Source: Balanoglossus misakiensis (lineage: Eukaryota; Animalia; Hemichordata). From it: 64,000 nt of DNA. The position numbers and the translations under genes were made by a program. The notes beneath the pieces are model-generated. The model saw only the letters and a program-made list of their open reading frames with translations. It had not been told where the DNA came from and ran no database searches. Below, piece by piece: positions 15,051-28,519 of the stretch (the stretch's first letter is position 1; every line of letters starts with the position of its first letter). The stretch covers positions 9,765,337 to 9,829,336 of the forward strand of contig CM082586.2 of assembly GCA_040954595.2 (NCBI GenBank). The letters run 5' to 3'.

Positions 15051-18000
15051 AATGGCTTGTGGTACACAAGGGTTAACAGCAATCAGCAATTGCTTGTATG
15101 ATAGGTATGATGATCGATTTACAAATTTCAATGGTATAATAATGGGCAACACACGTGGAAGTGTTTAATAAACAGTTAACTAATGTGGTGATGGTTTGTG
15201 GTAAAATTGAGGGTACACAGATTATAATGGGCCAAAACAATGAATATAATAGAGGTTGATGATGGTGAAGGGTTTCATATGAATGGTGTAATAAAGGTTA
15301 ACAAATGTGGTGATAGCTTTGGTGTACAGGGCTGTTGATATCTTTAGTAATGACAAAGGTATAATAATGATAAAAGCTTAAATAAGTGTTGGGGCACAAT
15401 CTTCATGATGGTTCATTCATTGGTTAATGTGTATATTTTATTAATATCATGCTATTGTTTATCAGTTAGATCATAATCAGGATTTTTCCATGCACATCGT
15501 CACCATGATTCAGTGGAATTCTTCGGAATGGTACCTGTGATCATTTTCGCGCATCAACGCATTGTACGTGACAGACATGCAGAAAATATTAACATGTAAC
15601 TCACAGGCATAATGTTAAATCTAAACAAATATGTTAGGTTAGCTTTACCTCCCCACGTACCCCATCCTAATTCCAAATTTAGCTTGCTGTGAGGTTTTTG
15701 GGTAGTACCAATTCGGAAACTTTCATGGTTCATTCATCGAACCAAATATTGGATTTGACACACTGTGCCACGGGTGGGTAAAGCATGGTGAAATGTTGGC
15801 GGTAAACTTTAACCAGGCAGGTCACATGAAATGAAGATATTATCCTTTGAGTTTGATGACATACATGATAAGATATGTCAGTTTTGACACCTTTTTTGCA
15901 GACGTAGATGCTGATGTATTTGTTTCCATTGGACACAGTAGGCAAAGTCCAGTCTGTGTTTAAAATGATACCCTGGTCACACACAGTGAGAAATATCAGC
16001 CTTTGACTTAAAGGGACAAAGTCTCTCTCTTTTTGCCTTTTTTTCATTAATTTTGATTCATTCAAGACACTGTGTATGTTATTTTAAATGTTGATATATA
16101 GTGAATCAACGTTCGACCACAAACAAGTTCCATCCCGCTTGTAGACACGAGAGTAAAAAAATCACCAAAATGAATAATCGTTCTTTACCATTTATTCGAG
16201 CGCGGACGCGGGCCGGGCTTCGATCATTACCAATGTGCGCATGTGCAAGGGTATATACACAAAATGAAACGTCATACATATAATTATAGCTGTAGCGACA
16301 GTCATGGCGGATGCTTTGGCGTCTGTTCCCAGTAGCAGTGGTAAACGTAAACGTGCTCGTGGCCGCCCACAAACCACTGCTTCGGCAAAAAAAACGTAAA
16401 CAATTGCTGAAACAAGTAGGTCAGATAAACATTTTCTCGGAAATTCATCGTTGGAATGAAATCAAACGCTCCTTGGTATTGGAAACGAACCGCCAAGTCG
16501 CAAAGGTCCTGATCGACCGGTAAGTACATATTCGTGCATTCACTGTGTACGTACTCCATAGCCAAAGATACGGCGTGAATTGTGTACATGAATTTAGAAT
16601 CTGTGTCTCACAGAATCACTGCGAGCATCATCTCAATGTAATTCTAAATGTGCTGTTTCAAGTCGTATTTCACTTAGTGATTTTGCCCAGCGCATACCTC
16701 GCCCTCGACCAGCAGTTGTATGTAGTACGCTGGACCGTTTGTATCAATGTATGACTATGCGAGATAAATTGTACGGTACTGCAATGTTTTTTTTGTTTTC
16801 TTTTTTTTCCTCCGGACAATCTACATGTATTACTGTTATCGAACATACGAGACAATATGCTTTTAGCGGAATTTGGTTGTTCTTTGTTCTGCTACAACTT
16901 CCGTTTTGTTATAGCCAGTTGTGTACATTTCTTGAGCTGTATATGAACTGAAGAAAAATTTGGCTATTTTCTCGTAGTTGTCTTATTCTCACCTTACGTG
17001 TCTGTAACCTGTCCTCTGAGGCAAATTATGGCTGTGTGTAATCCCTTCTAAAGACAGAAATTGGCTACGTAAACAAGCCATTGTAAAGGCAAAAAAAGGT
17101 TCATTGTGTCTTATTATTTGTGTGGACAGGTATTATGAACATCAAGTTACAGCAACAACAGATGCAGAATTTACCAGGCCTGCATCATCTCCAAGTGGCC
17201 AAGAAAGACTGCAAGTATTTGCACCGTCTATGGAAACTAGGTACCAAATAAATTTTGATCATGATACTTTGAGCTTTGTATAGTACACAATAGATTTTCA
17301 TATTTGATGGGGCTCTTGCAGTATACATGATGTATATTGTTTTAAAGAGGTGACATGTTTTTATGGCTCATGAAAAGTAATTGTGTCCGTAATATAATTT
17401 ATAGAAATGAAACAATGAAATGTTGCATTCCACATAGTTATCTGAGTGATAGATGGGAATACCTAAAAGTATATATTTGTTTCTTAAAATTTATAGGCAA
17501 CGTGATGATCAAGGACAAGCCACCCAAACTTTTCCTATGACATCAACGCCAGGAAATGGCCATCTTTGTGATATCGAAAAAAATTTAGAAGAATTAGTTG
17601 CATCAGAAATATCATCAGTCAGGTAGGTGTTTAAGCACTTTTTTTTTACATTACATTCAATGCTTCTAGCCACAATCTGTAGTATGAGGAAAAGCCTCTG
17701 CTCAAACTCTCAGGTGACAATAATCAACATAACAATGGCGAAGTATACCTGACATTTGCCCTCCAATAAACAACCAAAATCATCCTATACAATTTATTCA
17801 GTGTGTTGACCAAGACATTCACGTCTATGGTTTTAATCCAGCAAACATAGGTTTTTCACTGCTTACTGGTTGGGGGATTAGGGGGAACTGGAACCTACAA
17901 CGTTTGTGCAGACCTAGTTTGTCATGTATCAAATTTTAGTCTTTTTTTTTCTTTGTACAGGGTTTCTTCCATCTCTGGAATTGCAGAGATAGATGTTCAG

Positions 18001-18084
18001 GAGATAGGAGAATCATCACAAGAGAAACCTATGGAATCTACAGAAGGCCCATCACAGCCAGTACAAAGTGAAAGGTATGACACT

Positions 18085-18505
18085 GTCTTTTCTTACACTC
18101 CCCGTACGCTGGGAGTGTGAGAACAGAGTGTGGGAACAAATTGTTCTCACAATCTCACTGAATAGAAAGCTGTATATGACGCGAGTGCTGATTGGTTGGC
18201 AAAGTGTTCTGTCGCTACGCGCACTAAATTTTATCCAATGGCGCGATGTGTATTACAGGCACAGAGACTACAACGTGCCCCCAGACAACAATTCCAGAGT
18301 CATTTATTCAATGTTTTTAACGAACTTGGCTAATTTGTGCCCGTGTGAGAAAAAGAATCTCACACACCAAGGACCTGGGATCATATTTCTCACACTCGTC
18401 GGGGATATTCTGTCCCACACGAGCCACAGGTGAGTGTGGGACAGAAAATCCCCAACTCTTGTGAGAAATATGATCCCAGGTCCTTGGGAGTGTGAGATTC
18501 TATTA
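18085..18505. mobile_element. Hairpin-terminated non-autonomous element in a Kolobok intron
   Basis: Long imperfect palindrome at 18354-18501 plus short CACACTCCC/GGGAGTGTG hairpins. A related copy lies at 42954-43184. Confidence 0.65.
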
Positions 18506-19673
18506 ATCTGAAGATAAACTGTAATTAGGTAAACTTTTATAGTGAAATGTGGCTTTCCCCCCTCTTTTGTACCTTTTGTGATAAACATTAATCTCCTGCT
18601 TTAGGACAAAAGCAGGAGCGACTGCTTTACATACATGTAAATGTACTAATTTCTAACTCCCTTGCTTATGCTTGTGTGAATAAGTTATTCTGTGTAGCTA
18701 TCAACATGAAAATATTTCTTAGAAAGCAAAATGGCAAATGTTTACCAATCACCCTAAATTTACTTGTGTGAAACCAAGATAGAGAGGAACCTGTAAAAAT
18801 AAGCAGTGATGCTGCTGTCCCTGTGTGCCCCTGTCACTTTGTTTCAGAGTTCAATTTTCATGTGTGTTATATTTAGTTCACAGCTGTAAATTAGTTCAGT
18901 ACATATTGCCGTCTCATGTGTGCCTATTTTGTCATTTTTTTCTCCAGCGGCCGTGTAAGATTTCCAAGAAATTTGTCTGAGTCTTTCATCAATCCATTTG
19001 AGTAAGTTTTCCTTATTCTATTGTCATATACGGCATGCATGTATCCCTTGCTTGAGCAAGCCTTTTCGATTGCTTCTTTTCTCCTGTTACACTAAATTTA
19101 AATTTGTTGGGAAAATCAGTTTCATGACATGCATCACGTGTGTCAGAACATTTGCTTGTACCTAAATTCATGGGAAATGTTTTCTTTCTTTTTTGTGCTT
19201 ATGAGTGACTATATGTATTTTTAGTGAGCAGCATTGTCCCACTATTCAGATTAATTCCTTGGTTTTATTACTACCAGGTTGAGCATTGATATTTCTGAGG
19301 AAGACAAAGAGGAAGACATGAACCTATGTGACGATGATGATTATGACTATGAGCCCAGCTTTGATATTTCTATAATGTAAGTGCGCATTTATCACTATCA
19401 TCAAAGTTCCTTATTGGATGGGTACACAACAAATGGAAGGCAAAATATCCTCATGGTTAAAAAAAGCCTAAGTGTTGGACGCTAAAATTCATATATATGA
19501 TAAATTTTCTTTTATGAATGAAACATCAACTTACAACATTTGTACTAACAGCTTACTGACAAACTCTGATGGACAAGTCTTGAGCATTGTTAGGATTTTT
19601 TGTCCATTTCTCAGAACTAATGGCGTGCAGGTGGTTCCTGCCATTGGTGACGACGATATTGAAAGTGACGGTG

Positions 19674-19674
19674 G

Positions 19675-19705
<31 letters not shown>

Positions 19706-19866
19706 ACACCATCACCGGGTCTGCAGAGAGTTGTCACAGAAGAAGATGGGGAAAGCCTCCTTGGTGACTCTACAACATGTCTGGTTTTTTTGAACCAGCT
19801 TCTGGCCCTTGGCAAAAAATCTATTAGGCAAGTCTGTGCATTGAAGTCTTGCAGTGGATTGATATC
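19674..19866 (+). repeat. Left copy of the ~190-bp target-site duplication (right copy 21055-21244)
   Basis: GTGATGATG...GGATTGATATC occurs on both sides of the LINE. The copies differ by one GAT unit and two substitutions. Confidence 0.9.
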
Positions 19867-21054
19867 GAATGTAGAATGTAGAATAGTTTATTGCGTTCCA
19901 AGGCCTCCGGCCCATATGCAAGGGGGTTACAAAAATTTAACATAGAAAGACAGCAAAATAAAGTACAGCTGTACATGACCATTAAACAGTTTAAATTCTG
20001 TCTCTTGAAAAAAGTGAGAGAGATATCTTTCTCTGCTTAAACGCTTTGCTTGTGAAAATACAGAGGTTGAGAAGCTCATCATTGCTAGACGTGTTCATAA
20101 GTCGTACAAATTTGTGAAAAGTTGGATGCTCAAAGTAGATATGTGATAAATACTGTTTTCTGAGGTCTGTGTAAGCAGAGCATTCAAGGAGAAAATGGTA
20201 TTCATCTTCTACTGCTCCTTTTGTACAAAACTTACATAGACGATCTGGTACATCTATATTATGCCTTCTCCCCTCCTCAATAGCAAGGGGCAGGGTAGAA
20301 CAGCGAAAACAGGTGAACAGTTGTAAGACATTGCGACTACATGGTAACCTAAGATACTTCTCAGGTTCGAGCATGCTTTTAAATTGCATGTATGTACGGA
20401 GTTTAGGTTTCAAAGATATTTTACTGTTCCAAAGTTGTTTAAAGATATCTGAAAGCCTAGAATCAAAAAGTGACAAAAATTGCTGTTTGTTTCCTATTTC
20501 TTGGGCAAGCCAGGCATAACCGAAACCATAAGAAAATAAAACATTCTTTATAGATGTTGCCCACGTGTGGCGACCCAAGCCATCAAGATTACATAACATG
20601 ATGTATGCTTGTCTTGGAAGACGGTTTGGAGGCATTTCAAGTAATTTTATCCAATAGCGAATGCAACGCTTTATAGTGTAAAAATGAACAGGAAAACGAC
20701 CGCATTCACCCAATACTGCTTCATTTGTTGTATTGCCCGGTATACCTAAAAATTTTCTACACCATTTTCTGTGTACCTTCTCCAGAGCATCGTACAAAGT
20801 AAAACCCCAGACTTCAGAACCATAGCATAAAATTGGTAATATCATAACATCGAAAACTTTAAAATGAGAATACAGATCAAAGTGACCTAACTTCCATCTA
20901 GCAATTGACAGCATATTGAGGGCTTTACTAGCCTGGTTTGCTAGATTTTGGATTGATTTCGACCAGTTGTTGCGAGATGAAAAGAATAAACCCAGGTATT
21001 TGTAAAATGAAACAATATTTACAGGACTTGTACCAAATTGCCAGTTTTCCCAAC
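19867..21054 (-). mobile_element. 5'-truncated non-LTR retrotransposon (RTE/RTEX-like)
   Basis: Minus-strand ORF2 C-terminus (YKYLG, AVLGECGRFP, RLCKFC...EDEYHFLLEC). The 3' end is AATAAA followed by a short (ATTCTAC)n tail. Flanked by a ~190-bp direct duplication. Confidence 0.88.
19991..21054 (-). pseudogene. LINE ORF2 C-terminal fragment (end of RT, thumb, CCHC zinc knuckle)
   Basis: Open frame of ORF 19991-21193. Its N-terminal ~46 aa come from the antisense TSD, not from the LINE. Confidence 0.85.
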
Positions 21055-22611
21055 GTGATGATGATGATGATGATGATGATGAAACACCATCACCGGGTCT
21101 GCAGAGAGTTGTCACAGAAGAAGATGGGGAAAGCCTCCTTGGTGACTCTACAACATGTCTGGTTTCTTTGAACCAGCTTCTGACCCTTGGCAAAAAATCT
21201 ATTAGGCAAGTCTGTGCATTGAAGTCTTGCAGTGGATTGATATCCTCTACTTCAAAGTTTGTTGGCTCAGCTTTATATCTAAAGTGGGTGAGTGTGAACT
21301 AAATATGGTATATTCTTGACAATTATTGTTAAACTATACCAACTGTAGTGTGCATTGTATGGACAATCACTATGCCAGTATTATTTAGATGAACAGGAAA
21401 CTCTAGTTATAATCCTCTGTGGGTGCACATTGTTCCTTTAGGTTTATAATAAAAAACAATAGTCAACTGAAATTGCAAAGTTATCCGTATTAACATGTGT
21501 TTTATCGTGTCATAGAGAAATCAACATGAAATGATCAAATAAGCATGAATCTTTAAACTGTTTTTTTTTCAGGAATGCTCAGCTGGTCACCTTGAGTACG
21601 AATGGTGTTCACAACCAATTTTGAACAGGATACTTCATAGTGGTGATCTCTTCACAGCAGCTGCCGTTCTATTGTCTGGTAATAATTATGCCAAAATTAA
21701 TTTTTTGGCAAGCATTCTGTCACTCAGAATTTGCTCCCAGAATACTTACAATAGAATTCAGAAAGCTTATCTAATACCATGTCTTGATGAATTTTGGATA
21801 CGACAACAACAAGACATTATTATCTGTTTATTATCTGTTCTTCTGCAGATCGACGACTGAATTGGAATCTTTCCAACAACACATTCTAATGTACGCTTCC
21901 AAGAGGTATGCTTACTCACCACCAGCATACAGGGCCAGAAATATCTTGGCCGCCTTAGACCACAATGCGCACCTAGAAAGGGAAACAAGGAAAACTAAAG
22001 ATGGTCAAGAAATGTGAGTCCAAACAACACTTTATTGCATAATCTTCAAATGTAAATGAATGCCAAAACACATTAAATATAACCACAGTAATCACTTTTA
22101 AAATGTAGCTTTTGCAGAAAACAAAATGTCATTCTGTGAAAGACAAGCAGTTTAAAAACAAAATTCAAAATAACAATTGAAAGGTGTAAAATCGTGGTAA
22201 AAAAAGAAATGCATGCATACAGCATGTGGCATTGTTGCATATAAAAACAATACAGTAAGTGAAGTAAAAATGATTGCACAAACTAAGTTTTTGATCACTG
22301 CGTTTCAATCAAAGGTACTACAGAAAATTCAACAAAAAGAGCAACAGATGGTCCGCCGCTCCAGTAAAAGAAGCCAAGTCCTATCCCTACATCAGGCCAC
22401 TGATAAAAGATATTCTGCAGAAGAGACTTCAAGATAGAGAAGGAATGAAGAAAAAGAGAGAACTAGAAACTACAGATCCTAGGAGAATATCCATGCATCT
22501 GGCTCAAATACCACCACCACCAACAACTGATCTAGTAAAAGAAAAAATATTGAGACGAACCAGAGAATTGCCTGAATGATTCCATATGTAAATACATGTA
22601 GACAAAAAAAA

Positions 22612-25315
22612 CTATTGTAATCTTGAAGGAACAAATCCAGTGTAGCGGGCGAATGGGTCAGGAAATCGGTCCCGGATCTCCCAGACACAGCAACTGGGAA
22701 TGACCACACGGTTTCCTGCACCTAAACGACCATACTGCCACATGACATACTGCCTATAGGCAGCATGTCGGTTAGCTGTGTTATTGTCATCATCATCATC
22801 ATCAGTAGCAAAGATTTCTCGCCTGCAGGTCCTAGCCAAGGCCAACACAGCCTCATTGAGCACAAGCAAATTGAAATCCTGGTGACAGAAAGATAACAAA
22901 AGTTAGGTTCAGTAATATGTAAAAAAAAGGAAGAGCCTACAGTCAAACCTCTCTATAGTTGCTGTGTCTGGAAGATCCGGGACCGATTTCCTGACCCATT
23001 TGCCCGCAACACTGGATTTGTTCCTTCAAGATTACAGTAGTTTTTTGTCCACATTTACATTCATTCACATAAAGTGTAAACCACAAGCAAATTTAATGAA
23101 ATATTTACAAGACTTTCAACTCATATTGTAATCACTCAAGTTTTATTACTGACAGTGACATAGATGACATGCTGTTGTCATTTACCAAAATGTAACATTT
23201 TTAAAGGGACGAAGTCTCTCTCTCTCACTGCCCTTTTTCCAGTGATTTTGCTTGATACAAGACACTGTTCATGTTATTCTACATGTGGATATATAGTGAA
23301 TCAACATTCGACCAAACACACCTCCCATTCCTGCTTGTAGACACAAGAGTGAAAAACTAACCAAAATAAATAAACGGTCTCTACCATTTATTCATTCTGG
23401 GCAAGTTTTTACTTCGCATGATACAAGTGGGATGGAAGGTGTGTGTGGTTGAGCGTTGATTCACTATATATCCACATGTAAATTAACATAAATAGTGTCT
23501 TGTATCAAACATAATTAATGGAAAAAGGGCAGCGAGAGAGAGACTTTGTCCTGGGAGGTGTGTGTGGTCGAACGTTGATTCACTATATATCCACATGTAG
23601 AATAACATAAACGATGTCTTGTATCAAACATAATTGATAGAATAAGGGCAGCGAGAGAGAGACTTTGTCCCTTTAACTTTAGAATAATCAGTTTGTATTG
23701 ATGTTTTGTTCTGAAGATTTTGTAAATTTGTCAACAAAGATGTTTTCTATAGCACACTACTCGACGATTTCCTTACACTGCCATGCCAAATGTGACAATG
23801 AAGCTGCACTGGCCACCAGTACTTCACAGAATTTTTTTTATATATATATTTAGTTGTGTTGATGTCAACACCAACTTCCAAAGGGAATTTTTATATCATT
23901 GTTTTCTTGACTTCAGAAAGCAATCTCAGGTTTTGAATAATAGTGGTGTGTTTCCAGTGTCTCTTTAAATTTCAATGTTTATCTGACCTCTGTATTGGTA
24001 TATGCAGAATCTAACACTAGACGTCTCAATATATGCATAATGCACAAATTATAAATTCCTGTATCGTGTTACAAATACATATTTCTGTATACTTTGAGTT
24101 TGTAACCTGTTCTTCCAAAGTTCCGTCCTCAACACATGCACTCTTTTCACAACCCTTCAGGTTGGCTCTAAAACTTCTGACAAAAACACACAAACAACCA
24201 GCTTTGCTTTGCTATATGCAAACCATTGTGGATATACTTTGCAAAAATGTTACAGGAAGTACAGTTTGACTGTAGCCAGGTTAGTGGAACTGAATGTGTT
24301 CAATTTAACTTAGAGTTCAAATTTTCAGTTCATAGAGGTTTAGTAGTGAGTCCTTGTAGAATTATATTCATGTACAAGTTAAAATCCAAAAGCTTACTTG
24401 ACTTACCGGTGATCTTGAGATGCAGTTTTGTGGCTGTTTATCGCAGCACATTTTCTCCATTTCTGTTGGCATCTGCCGACAGTGACTGCAAATGCACCAG
24501 TCAGGTGATTGAGTTGCTGAGGGTGGGTGGTATCCCTGCTGTTCTAGTGTTACTGGGAATATGAGATTAAACATCAAACCAGGCTGCCAATCAACCATTT
24601 GTAGCACCATTCTTTGCAGTTCATCGTTTTTCATGTGTTCAACAGCAGCCTGTGGACAGATTGTTAACAATTTCATTGAATGATACAAACAGCATTATTT
24701 TTATTGTTTTGTTTTATTTATATGTGTATGAAATAAATGTATGTTTTTAAAGTTTACCTCCATTCTTTGTCTCCTTTGTTGTAGTTGGGCAACAGCATCT
24801 CCAACAGATACGGATGTTGCACCCCTCCTACCCCTTCCACGTCGTCGGCTTGTACTCCCCCGAGCTGCAACACTTCCTCCTCTCTCAGTCTCACCACCTC
24901 GACCTCTACCCCTACCACGGCCTCGACTTGTACTCCCCCGAGCTGCAACACTTCCTCCTCTCTCAGTCTCACCACCTCGACCTCTACCCCTACCACGGCC
25001 TCGACTTGTACTCCCCCGAGCTGCAACACTTCCTCCTCTCTCAGTCTCACCACCTCGACCTCTACCCCTACCACGGCCTTGACTTGTACTCCCCCGAGCT
25101 GCAACACTTCCTCCTCTCTCAGTCTCACCACCTCGACCTCTACCCCTACCACGGCCTCGACTTGTACTCCCCCGAGCTGCAACACTTCCTCCTCTCTCAG
25201 TCTCACCACCTCGACCTCTACCCCTACCACGGCCTCGACTTCTACCATGTTGTCCTCTACCTCTTTCATTTGTACTTGGGCTGGATTCTCTTTCTGCGTT
25301 ATCTATTTCACTTGT
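22612..25315 (-). CDS. Kolobok accessory protein (KolX-like) with RG-rich repeats and a P2X7 C-terminal 'ballast'-like Cys-rich domain; 5' exon(s) not located
   Basis: Three phase-0 GT-AG exons (25315-24758, 24649-24407, 22878-22612) splice in frame. Motifs WCICSHC...MCC...[28 protein letters not shown]....YTGF. Confidence 0.8.
22959..23050 (+). repeat. Inverted partial copy of the KolX last-exon 3' end inside its own intron
   Basis: TTGCTGTGTCTGGAAGATCCGGGACCGATTTCCTGACCCATT...CAAGATTACAGTAG is the reverse complement of ~22600-22694. Confidence 0.85.
23205..23672. mobile_element. Kolobok foldback MITE nested in its parent-type element, right arm partly duplicated
   Basis: TTAA at 23201-23204 and 23673-23676, ends AGGGAC...GTCCCT, and an extra right-arm segment at ~23553-23672. 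Confidence 0.88.
24849..25240. repeat. 78-bp coding minisatellite x5 ([26 protein letters not shown] on the minus strand)
   Basis: Units start at 24849, 24927, 25005, 25083 and 25161 and are almost identical. Confidence 0.95.
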
Positions 25316-28300
25316 CTGGAAAAAAAATAAGATTTTAAATTGAAAAATGGTAATAAATAATTTTGTACATGCAGTTATATTGCAAATCATGCAATTTCAT
25401 GAATTAGGTGAAATTTGTGAACATAAATCCATTATTCATATGCATGTAAAATCCAGACGTGTACAATGATTGCCCTCTACCAAAATAATCAAATTTGCTC
25501 ACTAACCCAAACAGTAACATCTCTCCCCTAAGAAAATCAATAAGTTTGTGTTTCTTCTGGACAGGGATGGGGCATGGTGCATATCCCCTGTAAATGCATG
25601 CCATTCAAATTCAAGCCCACTGCTTGGTTCTATTTTTTATCACTTGGTTTTCACTCACTGCTTCTTCAGATCACAGAATCAATGAATTTAATCGGGGAGT
25701 TTCACACCTCTTGTGTACATCATGTGTAATGCAACAATCACTATAAAATACCTGCGATCGCATAACTTCGTGTTCAAAGCCAATTGAAATGTAGACCTAA
25801 CATTTTTTTTTCTTATTCACCTATAAAAGTTCCGCTAAACTTATGACACGTAATTTTTGGCCAGCCTTTGTTTGTTTTCTTAGAACACGGGTTTTGACTA
25901 TCGTTTCATCCATAGTGATACATAGCTTTATTTGAACGATCATTATCCATTTCCTGTCTCTGTTCGTGTTCATGACGCTTTGATACAAAAGAAATGTCAA
26001 CAACATGCTATGCAACAGTTACCAAGCATGACTCGCAAACTTTTAATTCGAAATATTCTATGCATATTTTTCCCCGGTGCAAGTGCATGCACTTGCTATA
26101 TTCATAATAATAATCCCCCTGTTTATTAGCGCGTGAGCAGATGATAATGAGTACTCGATAGGGGTCGATCGGCATCCGGTCTAGTTCATGTACATTACGG
26201 CATCTACAGCTAGCTGCCAGCTGTCGATGTCACCGTAGTGCAACCCCAGTGCAACCCGGCGTCTACACGTACTTATGCTTACGTGTATTTTCGTTAGGAG
26301 TTTACAACTGGTGATCACGTCATATTTGAAATAGAAATCAGTGCACCGTGGAACAAGAAAGCGGCCTAAAGAAACCGTAAATACTCAGCGAAAATTTAGA
26401 TAAATCCCGGAACGTGAAAACAAGAATCAAAACAAACAAATGAACGTCGCGATGTACGGTAAATCACCGGCATCTCCATCTGACATCGTAAAGTTTACCT
26501 TCTTTATCATTGTCAATGTCAATGTCATTCATAAAAAACATTCTCTACTAATTTTCTCTAGTTTACAGAATTCTATAAGTATTCGTATATGTACTTACCT
26601 CGCATTCCATTGTTGTGATCCAGGACCAGGGTCATGAACGTACGTGACCAGGTCATTGACTGAAGCACATGTGTGTGTTGACATTGTGACGCAACCGCAA
26701 TATGCGTAGTTTTTCACTTCGCGGGAGGTCAACATGGCGGTCGATCGAAATCGCGCGCACGGCCAGGCAGAAATCCAGTCTTTAGCCTAAACGGCGAAAA
26801 CGTAGTTCAGGGTATTCTTCAAGCAATGTGTGGTCATTATATGTCATAATAATGGATTTGACGTAAGTATTTAATGGAGTTTGGAGGCAAAAAGAGAGAG
26901 ACTTTGTCCCTTTAATTATCTAATTTATGCATTGTTAACAATGCACTGTGACGTTTACTGCATGTAATTTTTTTCCCCTGTGGAAACTTACTATGCTTTG
27001 AATACATGTTCCCTAATGGGGTGTTGAAGGATACAGTAGGATCTGTTTCTGTAGCAAATATGACACTGTTTTCAACATATTTGACTGGTGGCAATATGTG
27101 ATATTATGTTGGTATCCATCATGTAACTCAGATCACCTATATGAAGCTCCATACCAAATTTCACAGAAGTCGGCTGATCAATTCCAGAAAAGTAGATTTT
27201 TTACCAAAAATGTGGAAAAAGACAAAAAATGCATAAAAAGTAGAAAATTCACACTATTAGATTAAAACACACAGAATGTGTAAGGCTAATATAAGGTACT
27301 ATCATACCATTTTTCAAATCAATATGACCAGGAGTTGTTGAGTGTCTGAGTTTTGACCAAATTAAGGTTTTTCCCGGCTAATTTGCATATTTCTGGTAAT
27401 GAAAAATTTGTTTGAACAAACTCCCATCTACAGCCTAGCATGCATCTACACACCAAATATCAAGGTTATTGGCGCAACGGTTTTCAAGTTTTTGATGTGT
27501 ACACATACATCCATCTATCCGTCCATACGTCCATACAAAAGGTCCCACTGGTATACACAAAAAATGTAACACTTAACATCTTACAGTACAGGGCCTTGCT
27601 AGTTGATGTGGTACAATTCTATCATATCACTTCACAGCTGGTAGCCAAGGGCAGTGTTTGCACAGAGGAGTCTCCTGAATGTCTTCGCTCGTTTGCACAT
27701 CTTCAGTGATAATGTCTGGATTACATTGACATGAAACTGTTTGTTCAGTAGTCTTTCAACTGCCAGCCGCCTGGGTTCATTTTACAGCATAAACACTGAA
27801 AATATTGTAGCAGTCAATAATATAACCTACACACCCTGTAAAATTCACCATGTTCTAAAGATATGTTGATGTCTAATGTGCATTGTGACGTACAGGGCAT
27901 GCAAGGCTAAAGCTTGTCAAAAGTTGACAAAGAAAAAGACCAGACCAGGTGCCTGTTTTAAAATATGCTTCTTTCCAAGGACCTTGGTGATGAGCAATGA
28001 ATTGGGGAATGTTCATGAGACCCATTCATTTCACTGGACCCGCATATGTAATGATATGACCATGAAATTGAACTGTTCCCAGGAGCTACTGAGAGTTGCC
28101 TTGTTTCACCCCCAAGTTACTACCTGGGGTTTTTTACAATGTCAACAGTAGTTCCAAAAATGTTGTACTTTTATGAATAATCAATTAGGGTAGATTTATT
28201 CGTGGTAGTAAAACATTCTGGCCTGCAGCTGCCAAAACAAAGACAATTACAAGTAAGGGACTGGACGTAAACTACTAAGGGGGAGGGCAGGGGAATTGAC

Positions 28301-28519
28301 GAAAGCGATGGCCTCAAATTAATGACCCTCCCCAAGTTACGGACTCCGAAAAAAATATGGCCCGTCCCCCCAAACGTGAGCACAAAAATTTATGACCCTC
28401 CCTTAATGCAAAAATATAACTATAAAGATCTTCACATCATCAATATTGTACTTGTAACTTGATTTGTACAGTGTACTGTAAATAAAAAGCACAATAACAA
28501 TGCTCCATATTGGTGAGTA

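Larger units (their letters stand above)
16304..22579 (+). pseudogene. Kolobok DDE transposase, multi-exon, disrupted
   Basis: Motifs CSAGHLEYEWCSQP...GDLFTAAAVLLSGNNYAK (from 21573), TELESFQQHILMYASKRYAY...LAALDHN (from 21851) and YYRKFNKKSNRW (22316-22579). Apparent frameshift in the exon-1 A-run, a LINE insertion in an exon, and the central catalytic region missing near 21817. Confidence 0.8.
16012..26911 (+). mobile_element. Kolobok DNA transposon (autonomous-type layout, defective), 10.9 kb including nested insertions
   Basis: Perfect 27-bp TIR AGGGACAAAGTCTCTCTCTTTTTGCCT at both ends, TTAA at 16008-16011 and 26912-26915, RR...YY termini, and convergent transposase (+) and KolX-like (-) genes. 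Confidence 0.9.

Noticed and set aside
19991-21193. 400-aa poly-Ser/LINE fusion protein
   Set aside because: The N-terminus is the antisense of the duplicated target (GAT repeat), in frame by chance with a truncated ORF2.
24741-25338. Pro-, Ser/Thr-, Val/Glu- and His/Leu-rich ORFs in other frames
   Set aside because: Alternative readings of the 78-bp minisatellite; only the RG frame has splice sites in phase with the downstream exons.
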